DNA of 47,139 nucleotides, from contig CAYSLH010000005.1 of NCBI GenBank assembly GCA_964431605.1, positions 1-47,139 on the forward strand, in the 5' to 3' direction. Numbering within the stretch: position 1 is the stretch's first letter; each line of letters starts with the position of its first letter. The DNA comes from an uncultured Myxococcales bacterium (GTDB lineage: Bacteria > Myxococcota > B64-G9). A program made the translations under genes and the position numbers. Positions 41,073-47,139 of this stretch are shown here, one piece after another. A model generated the notes under the pieces. The model saw only the letters and a program-made list of their open reading frames with translations. It was not told the origin of the DNA and did not search any database.

Positions 41073-41158
41073 CGGAGAGAGAGGGATTCGAACCCCCGGT
41101 ACCCAAAGGGTACACTTGCTTTCGAGGCAAGCGCCTTCAACCACTCGGCCATCTCTCC
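41073..41158 (-). tRNA. tRNA-Ser(CGA), CCA not encoded
   Basis: CTTGC-CT-CGA-AA-GCAAG anticodon arm; long variable arm. Confidence 0.95.
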
Positions 41159-41239
41159 TCCACCTCCCGGAGCCTGATCCACACAAGTCATCTGAACCAA
41201 GCCCCAGGCGGATGCCCGGTTGCAAAAAATATATCCCAT

Positions 41240-41713
41240 TCATTTAAAAGAACGATTCGCACGCCTGGCGCGGAAAAACGTCTTCAGTAATTCCGACGCT
41301 TCATTGGCCCTGACTCCACCGCGCACTTCGAATTGGTGATTCATGCGATGGTCGTCGGCCAACGAAAATAAGCTTTCCAATGCACCGGCCTTTGGGTCTG
41401 TGCACCCGAAAACCAACCGGGAGACCCTTGCTGCCAGCATGGCTCCCGCACACATGGGACATGGCTCCAGAGTGACATATACGATGCAGTCGGTAAGGCG
41501 CCATCGTCCCAGTGCTTCAGCCGCCTGGCGAAGGGAGAGAATCTCTGCATGGGCCGTGGGATCCAGGGTGCTTTCCTTGCTGTTGAATCCTTGTCCTACC
41601 ACCTGTCCATCTTTTACGACCACCGCTCCAACAGGAACCTCCCGTGCTTCAAATGCCAGGTACGCCTGTTCGAGGGCCAGGCCCATGAAAAAATCATCCA
41701 CATCCCGTGCCAT
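41240..41713 (-). CDS. tadA: tRNA adenosine(34) deaminase TadA
   Basis: EVPVGAV, DPTAHAE, TLEPCPMCAGA, DPKAGA, FF..RR. Confidence 0.95.
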   Translation of the reverse strand: MARDVDDFFMGLALEQAYLAFEAREVPVGAVVVKDGQVVGQGFNSKESTLDPTAHAEILSLRQAAEALGRWRLTDCIVYVTLEPCPMCAGAMLAARVSRLVFGCTDPKAGALESLFSLADDHRMNHQFEVRGGVRANEASELLKTFFRARRANRSFK

Positions 41714-41731
41714 CAAGGGCTCCTCAAAAAA

Positions 41732-41805
41732 CACGCCCAAGAGGATTCGAACCTCTGACCTTCGGATTCGTAGTCCGACGCTCTATCCAGCTGAGCTATG
41801 GGCGT
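41732..41805 (-). tRNA. tRNA-Arg(ACG), CCA not encoded
   Basis: TAGCTCAGCTGGATAGAGC D-arm; TCGGA-CT-ACG-AA-TCCGA anticodon arm. Confidence 0.95.
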
Positions 41806-41812
41806 ATCAGCA

Positions 41813-41897
41813 CGGAGAGAGGGGGATTCGAACCCCCGGTACCTTGCGGTACACTGGTTTAGCAAACCAGCGCCTTAAGCCTCTCGGCCATCTCTCC
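41813..41897 (-). tRNA. tRNA-Ser(GCT), CCA not encoded
   Basis: CTGGT-TT-GCT-AA-ACCAG anticodon arm; long variable arm. Confidence 0.95.
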
Positions 41898-41962
41898 AAA
41901 TGCGATTTCGATCCATTTTTCACAGAGCATACTTTCTTCCGCCACAGCGCAGCGGGCATAAA

Positions 41963-41991
41963 CGCATAGCATCGGGAATGGGTGATGTCAA
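41963..41991 (-). promoter_or_regulatory. Putative sigma70 promoter of the tRNA-tadA-ffs-dnaX cluster
   Basis: TTGACA-17 nt-TATGCG with TG extension; GC-rich sequence downstream. Confidence 0.45.
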
Positions 41992-42081
41992 GGATGATAG
42001 CCAATCTGTGATAGCCGAATGAAATCCGAATGTGGCTGGGAAATTCCGGGCCAGCCTGAGATATCCGTCATTTGGTGCCGA

Positions 42082-42102
42082 AATTCAGAAATCGTCCGGC
42101 CA
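42082..42102. repeat. 21-bp exact direct repeat, copy 1 (matches the 3' end of the toxin gene at 45731-45751)
   Basis: AATTCAGAAATCGTCCGGCCA at both sites. Confidence 0.9.
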
Positions 42103-42105
42103 TGA

Positions 42106-45100
42106 TTAGTAACACTGCCAGAAAGCGCTGTCAGAAAATACGTACATTACTCCGCTATCGCCAAGGTTTACATCAACGAAACTCTCATCGAACTGCAACA
42201 AAAAAGATCCATCGGTTAATTCATCTGATTGTAACCAAATCGGCTCCCCCAGTACCCTTGCGCCTGCACCAAATATCTCTTGGCAAAGATCATTTTCTCG
42301 AGATTCTTCACACCAAACTCCAGAATCAACATCCACGGCTACCACATCGAATCCCAAGGTTTTTTCGTCTATGGCAACACCTTTGGAAAACACGGGCACA
42401 GCATCTACTTGCTCTTGCGTAGAGAATATTATTTCAGTCTCATTATTGTAGGGCTCATATGCCTCGTTCATGTCCGGGTTTGAAATAAACAGCGATACGG
42501 TACGAAAATCGTCACCTACCCTGTCGCTCAACTCAGGCATTGTCCTTACATCCAAAGTAAACAGGTGATGCATGGGTTCATCGTTGAAAACCGGCCACCG
42601 GTCTTTTCCTACGCCTGGCGCAGGGCCATATCTCACATTGAGATCAGACCCATTTGGGGCTTTATCACTTGGCCTGAGCAGATAGATACGATCCCCTTTT
42701 GCTGCTGTTTGCTTGGCCATGGTGATGATTCTATCTATCTGGTCCATTTCTTTTGGTACCTGTACGCCTTTATCGGCAATTTCCTTTTCGAGTTCATCAA
42801 ATTCGCTTGCGCCCAACGCATCTTTGAGAGCACTCTTACAGCCGGAACCTCCCTTGTTGAGTAAAATCCACTTAATCCACTCTCGCTTGTCCCTCAGTCC
42901 CTGCAAACCCTTTTTGATGGCATCGAGTTGTTCATACTTCAGTGACTTTTCCTTTTGAAGGAGTTGTCGAAACGCTGCCTGAAGAACATCCTGTGTTGGA
43001 TGTAAAGAGATGCACCGAAACGCCCTGTAGTAAGAACTTGTCTGAAGTCCTCTGAGCAGAATCTTTTCCGCGCGATCCCGAGGCAAACGATACACAATGC
43101 GTCTGATGAACGGCTCTAAAAATTGATAGTAATAATCATCCTTCATTACATCGAAACGAACATGCTCGTCCCACGCCGCGTCGAAGTCTCCTTCATCTAT
43201 GATCGTTCGGTTGAGTGCTACGATAATTGCCTGGTACCAACCCTCTTTCTTTTTCTTGGTTTTGGTATGCTTCAAAATCTGTTCGAACCTGGGTATTATG
43301 GATTTACCCAACTCACCTATACCGTATGTCCACCTTTCCCGATATCCTTCAGGCTCAGTCTCCATCATCTCGATGGATCTATCGACAAGGTCACTATCAG
43401 GCAGAAGAAACAGATAGGGAATCACGTAAAGTTTCATATAATCTTGCAGATGTCTTTCGAACACCTCACGAAGTTGTTCCTTTGGCAAACACGACAACGC
43501 TTGTATCATCAGGTTCATGCTTGGCATCCATGAACCTGGATCCGTAGGCAGCAACAGGTCGAACAGACCAGGATCCTGCTTTTTTTCCTCATCCAAACCC
43601 TGCAATGGCTTTTCGAACCAGTCAGTGGAGTATGTAGGTGTTTGCGTATCGAGCGTCAACGCATCTAAAAGCTCTTGTGAAACTTGCTTTCCTTCTTTGC
43701 GACAGCCCATGATCGCAGTGCAGACAGCCGGCCATTTACGCAACCCATGGTCCTCTATTCCAAGAGCTATGGTCTCTAATTCGTCAGAGGTAAAGCGCGG
43801 ATTGCTCAATACATCATGGATTTGGCCCTGGGTGAAACTGTTCAACTGAATCATGTTGCAATACTTGGAAATCGCCTTAGGGTCTGCACGCTCTAGCAAC
43901 TCCTGTATGACAGGAAAATAAATATCTTCATCGAATTTTTCCAGCTTGGCCTCGATCTTTTCAATCCAGGAGTCCATACCACCGAAAAATTCTATATACT
44001 CTTCAAACACAGCTGTGTGCGTATTTCCTTCAAGGAACTTGCGTTCCACCAGGAAAGTCCTGTCATCAGATGGCCAAACGATAGAATCAGTAACACCATG
44101 AGGCAAATAACTATCGACGAGTGTGTCCATATGACCGGCAAGCAACTCCCCCGTGTCTTTTCCGAAACGGGCAAGGCAGGTAGCAACTCCCAATTTCATT
44201 TTTTCAGGTAGTGCGTGCCAAGCTTCATCGATGGGCCCGGGATCTCTCATATAGACATCCATGACCAAATCATCCAACCACTTGTTCCACCCTGGAAGAT
44301 AAGGAAATGTATCTTCGGAGTTTTTTTCAGGTTTGGCCTTTGCAAGAAACTCCATCAGCATTGGTCCATCGAACACTCCCGAAGCATTGGATAGCATATA
44401 CCAAAGTTCAAAATTCGCGGTAATATCAAGTAGGCTTTTCTTCCAAAGAAAAACCAGGTAGCAACCTTCCTGCCCAGACTCAATCGAATATTCGGAAGCT
44501 AAGACGCCCTCTTTGTCATATGCGTCACGTGCCTTCTTTATCTTCTTGGCTATGCGGGCTGCCAATTTTTCATTTTTTCGCAATGACTCAGGTAGACCGT
44601 ATTCGAACGATATTCTTGAAGCTTTGCCATCTTCATCCCAAGTCACATGTTCACCAATGGCCACATCGTGGCACCACTCGCCCTTGAACTTAGGTTTACC
44701 ATCTTTGTAAAATGACACTTCCTGTCCGTCTTTTCTTCTGTACAAAGCTTCCAAAAAATATCGATAGGCGAGTTGATCTTTTGAATACCAAGCTTCGACC
44801 GTACCGGGAACATCCAGGGAGAAAGCATGGGAAATTTTAGCGTACCCCTGCTCATCCCAATATGTCCAATCGCCGATTCTATCTCCATGTTTGAACCATC
44901 CCTTTGTTTTTGGGCTGCCGTCTTGATTCAGCCTACTATATGGTCCGTGCTTTTTTCCTTTATCATCACATTCCCATGTCTCTGCAACAGAGCCGTTTTC
45001 ATACCACCTCGTCCATTTGCCCGAGGCAAGGCCCCTGTCGTTCGTCCCTTGCAATATTTTTGTTCCGTTCTCAGCCCATTCCTGTTCCTCCCCATGGACC

Positions 45101-45570
45101 AGACCCTGCTTCCACTCCTGAGCTTTTTTTATTTGACCATTTGGCCAATATTCCTTCCAAATTCCATGCTTTCGCCAGTTTTCGTATTCACCCTGCTCGA
45201 GTACCTGGTCGGTTCCTGGGTAATGGCTGCTCCACTGACCATCTCTGGGATAATCCTCCGTCTGAGGATATGGAATATCCGGCACGTCGCTGGGCTCTTG
45301 TGTTTTTTCGACCTTGTTTTTCAATATGTCATCGAGGGATTTTCCTCCGATGAGCGCCATCATCTCCGTCTCATCAAGTATGGGAATACTCTTCTGCCTG
45401 GCTTTCTCAAGCTTTGAACCAGGATCCTTTCCGGCTATGAGCGCACTCGTTCTGGAGCTCACGTTTGAAGTAACATCAGCTCCAAGCAATTCAAGCTTTG
45501 CTGTTATATCCTTTCGGGAGCCATCTTTGAACTTCCCGGTCAATACCAGTTTGACTCCTTTCAAACACAT
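42106..45570 (-). CDS. Multidomain protein: N-terminal BRCT, MORN/YwqK-like repeats, helical region, C-terminal DUF1963/YwqG-like domain
   Basis: VLTGKF...R......LGA.V...VS..T..LIAG..PGSKLEKA (BRCT); G.W..YW.NG repeats; LGEPIWLQ...FLLQFD.....NLGDSG.MYVF....FWQC; AAGGAG RBS. Confidence 0.85.
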   Translation of the reverse strand: MCLKGVKLVLTGKFKDGSRKDITAKLELLGADVTSNVSSRTSALIAGKDPGSKLEKARQKSIPILDETEMMALIGGKSLDDILKNKVEKTQEPSDVPDIPYPQTEDYPRDGQWSSHYPGTDQVLEQGEYENWRKHGIWKEYWPNGQIKKAQEWKQGLVHGEEQEWAENGTKILQGTNDRGLASGKWTRWYENGSVAETWECDDKGKKHGPYSRLNQDGSPKTKGWFKHGDRIGDWTYWDEQGYAKISHAFSLDVPGTVEAWYSKDQLAYRYFLEALYRRKDGQEVSFYKDGKPKFKGEWCHDVAIGEHVTWDEDGKASRISFEYGLPESLRKNEKLAARIAKKIKKARDAYDKEGVLASEYSIESGQEGCYLVFLWKKSLLDITANFELWYMLSNASGVFDGPMLMEFLAKAKPEKNSEDTFPYLPGWNKWLDDLVMDVYMRDPGPIDEAWHALPEKMKLGVATCLARFGKDTGELLAGHMDTLVDSYLPHGVTDSIVWPSDDRTFLVERKFLEGNTHTAVFEEYIEFFGGMDSWIEKIEAKLEKFDEDIYFPVIQELLERADPKAISKYCNMIQLNSFTQGQIHDVLSNPRFTSDELETIALGIEDHGLRKWPAVCTAIMGCRKEGKQVSQELLDALTLDTQTPTYSTDWFEKPLQGLDEEKKQDPGLFDLLLPTDPGSWMPSMNLMIQALSCLPKEQLREVFERHLQDYMKLYVIPYLFLLPDSDLVDRSIEMMETEPEGYRERWTYGIGELGKSIIPRFEQILKHTKTKKKKEGWYQAIIVALNRTIIDEGDFDAAWDEHVRFDVMKDDYYYQFLEPFIRRIVYRLPRDRAEKILLRGLQTSSYYRAFRCISLHPTQDVLQAAFRQLLQKEKSLKYEQLDAIKKGLQGLRDKREWIKWILLNKGGSGCKSALKDALGASEFDELEKEIADKGVQVPKEMDQIDRIITMAKQTAAKGDRIYLLRPSDKAPNGSDLNVRYGPAPGVGKDRWPVFNDEPMHHLFTLDVRTMPELSDRVGDDFRTVSLFISNPDMNEAYEPYNNETEIIFSTQEQVDAVPVFSKGVAIDEKTLGFDVVAVDVDSGVWCEESRENDLCQEIFGAGARVLGEPIWLQSDELTDGSFLLQFDESFVDVNLGDSGVMYVFSDSAFWQCY

Positions 45571-45709
45571 AGGAATTCTCCTTGTCCTGATGATCTCAGT
45601 ACTTTGTATACCAAGTCTCAACCCAAGACGTACGGAATTTTTTATATATTTATGTGAACAACAACAGGATTAGTTTCTTCTACAACAACTCTGTCCCAAC
45701 ACTAACAAT

Positions 45710-45728
45710 CCCATGAACCGCTCATGGG
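45710..45728 (-). terminator. Hairpin after the toxin gene
   Basis: CCCATGA/TCATGGG stem; weak U-tract. Confidence 0.45.
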
Positions 45729-45730
45729 CT

Positions 45731-45751
45731 AATTCAGAAATCGTCCGGCCA
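45731..45751. repeat. 21-bp exact direct repeat, copy 2
   Basis: Covers the WPDDF-stop codons of the toxin. Confidence 0.9.
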
Positions 45752-46018
45752 GCGCCTGGAGGCATGGATTATGCGGAGTATCTCTATATGCTTTCCCTTG
45801 ATACGATATGGAACGATGTAGGCTGTTTCCGGAACAATCAGCTCACGAGTATTGGCGACCCTTCCCGGTCCGCCTAATGCCGGATATTCCTTGAGACTTT
45901 CAATTGCTGCCATTATCCGCCTAACCACATCGGCTGCGGCATGGGGATTGTCTGCTGCAATGTACTCGGCAAGATCATTCAGGTTGGCCAACGCGTTTCG
46001 AGTCCACCTATGATGCAT
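45734..46018 (-). CDS. RelE/ParE family toxin
   Basis: WT..A..DL..IA.DNP.AA, P..G..GRV..TREL, Y...YR....IEILRIIH..R.WP. Confidence 0.9.
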   Translation of the reverse strand: MHHRWTRNALANLNDLAEYIAADNPHAAADVVRRIMAAIESLKEYPALGGPGRVANTRELIVPETAYIVPYRIKGKHIEILRIIHASRRWPDDF

Positions 46019-46253
46019 CACTGCTCCACTTTTTGACCACAGCTCTGACTTCCTCATCTGAAGCAAAATTACCGGCATCGGCCTCTTCAAGCCCGGCCTT
46101 GATCTCCTGGATCTGCCATTCCTGGATCTCGATGTATGCCCTGATGGCATCTGCGGCCAACCAAGACTTGCTTCGATCGGTTGCCTTGGCCAGCTTATCC
46201 AGACGCCTTTTTATTTCATTTGGCAACCGAACCGTCATGGTGCTGGTTTCCAT
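46008..46253 (-). CDS. RHH/CopG antitoxin
   Basis: TMTVRL.....RLD.LA..TDRSKSWLA..AI, I.AGL.EADAG.F; overlaps the toxin. Confidence 0.9.
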   Translation of the reverse strand: METSTMTVRLPNEIKRRLDKLAKATDRSKSWLAADAIRAYIEIQEWQIQEIKAGLEEADAGNFASDEEVRAVVKKWSSDAS

Positions 46254-46265
46254 GAAAATCTCCTT

Positions 46266-46290
46266 GTGTTATATGTGCACATTATAACAC
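46266..46290 (-). promoter_or_regulatory. Palindromic TA operator overlapping an extended -10
   Basis: GTGTTAT-A-ATGTGCACAT-ATAACAC near-perfect palindrome containing TGtTATAAT. Confidence 0.75.
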
Positions 46291-46330
46291 CCAGTGGCCT
46301 TTCTCAACTACGCCTGTTTTCCCAGAATCT

Positions 46331-46453
46331 CCTTTTTTGATGGCATTGAGTTGTTCATATTCTAGTGACTTTTCCTTACCTATTTTCATTTTTTCGTAAT
46401 TACTCGGTTAGCCGTCTTGATTCAGCCTACTATATGGTCCGTGTTTTTTCCTT
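46331..46453 (-). pseudogene. Condensed relic made of three collinear fragments of the BRCT-MORN gene
   Basis: 46331-46377 ~ 42908-42954 (42/47 identical); 46383-46415 ~ 44567-44600; 46411-46453 ~ 44917-44960 (33 nt identical). Confidence 0.85.
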
Positions 46454-46460
46454 ACTACCA

Positions 46461-46745
46461 TTACTTTCGCCTAATTAATCGTCGGTAGACTTCTTTTCTG
46501 TGTCCAACACCGATTATATATACCACCACCTCGGTGGCATGGACCTCATAAAGCAATCTGTAGTCAGACACTCTGATTCTGTAGGCACTCTTTCTTCCTT
46601 TCAGCCTCTGAGCAGCCAGGGGAACAGGTTCTGTGGACAGCTTATCTATTATTTGGATGATTCGTTTTTTGGTTCCTGATGGAAGTTTCTCAATTTCAGA
46701 CACGGCAGCCTTGTGTAGCACTACCCTATAGATCATCTTTGACAT
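46461..46745 (-). CDS. RelE/StbE family mRNA interferase toxin
   Basis: I..L...P.P....LKG....YRIRV.DYRLLY......V.I..VGHRKEVY. Confidence 0.92.
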   Translation of the reverse strand: MSKMIYRVVLHKAAVSEIEKLPSGTKKRIIQIIDKLSTEPVPLAAQRLKGRKSAYRIRVSDYRLLYEVHATEVVVYIIGVGHRKEVYRRLIRRK

Positions 46746-46926
46746 GTTCCCAATCTACCCATGGCCCATCACGCCTGTGCTCTATCAAGGCCAAGTCCTG
46801 CGCATCCTCCAGCCAGGTCGCGATTGCATCCGCAACCACTGCCTGTTGCTTGAGACCATGGGTTGCACAAAATTCATCGAGTGCTGCCTTTAGCTCATCA
46901 TCGATTCTGTGAGTCATAGTAACCAT
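46726..46926 (-). CDS. RHH antitoxin (RelB-like)
   Basis: RID.ELK..LD.FC...GLK...VV..AI...LED..DL, W..VK..L; overlaps the toxin. Confidence 0.85.
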   Translation of the reverse strand: MVTMTHRIDDELKAALDEFCATHGLKQQAVVADAIATWLEDAQDLALIEHRRDGPWVDWEHVKDDL

Positions 46927-46932
46927 GATTCG

Positions 46933-46961
46933 ATGATATAGAGTTTTGCAATCTTTTGCAA
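46933..46961 (-). promoter_or_regulatory. sigma70 promoter predicted to give a leaderless antitoxin mRNA; TTGCAAAA direct repeats as candidate operator
   Basis: TTGCAA-17 nt-TATCAT-6 nt-ATG; no Shine-Dalgarno. Confidence 0.6.
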
Positions 46962-47023
46962 GCAAAATGTTTTACCAGGAGCCACTCTCGCTAATCCAGA
47001 TCAGGACATCTCCAGCCCTTGCA

Positions 47024-47139
47024 TCAGAATTTCCTGTGCAACCATGCCAATGAAATCAGCAGGCCCAATAGCAATAGGATATTTCCTCTTGCCCTACCGC
47101 CTGATTCACATCCACATCCACTGCCGCCTCCAGTGCCAG
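47024..47139 (-). CDS. C-terminus of a MYXO-CTERM surface protein (partial)
   Basis: Not in the ORF track. Manual translation GTGGGSGCGCESGGRARGNILLLLGLLISLAWLHRKF*: GCGC motif, TM helix, basic tail. Confidence 0.8.
   Translation of the reverse strand, partial: GTGGGSGCGCESGGRARGNILLLLGLLISLAWLHRKF

Noticed and set aside
40901-41897. Repeated GGAGAGA...GGATTCGAACCC sequences as CRISPR repeats or att sites
   Set aside because: They are the shared acceptor and T arms of three complete tRNA-Ser genes
46331-46453. CRISPR mini-array with self-targeting spacers
   Set aside because: The fragments abut directly with no intervening repeats, and no cas genes are present
42000-47000. Integron cassette array (TA pairs and same-strand genes)
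   Set aside because: No attC-like RYYYAAC...GTTRRRY inverted structures found in the intergenic gaps, and no integrase

Overview
A 47 kb bacterial chromosome segment, most likely from a deltaproteobacterium of Myxococcota type. This placement rests on a MYXO-CTERM tail, an spdEFG1-type EF-G and a PrkA-YhbH-SpoVR operon. Most of the window is housekeeping or envelope genes: tex, fusA, ruvX-mltG, dtd, recR-ybaB-dnaX-ffs, tadA inside a four-tRNA cluster, and three ABC systems. Main points of interest: (1) an MMPL/RND + PhnD-fold binding protein + TPR-like lipoprotein operon with the architecture of the BstABC sterol transporter; (2) an AstD-like aldehyde dehydrogenase that has lost its catalytic residues; (3) a RecA/KaiC-like ATPase fused to a SLOG-like domain directly behind fusA; (4) an ArsR-TusA-MvhD-like operon running off the left edge; (5) an accessory region beside the tRNA cluster. 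That region holds a BRCT-MORN-DUF1963-like gene and two type II TA pairs. It also holds a 123-bp intergenic patchwork of three collinear fragments of the BRCT gene and a 21-bp exact repeat of a toxin 3' end. All calls come from reading motifs by eye; no database searches were run.
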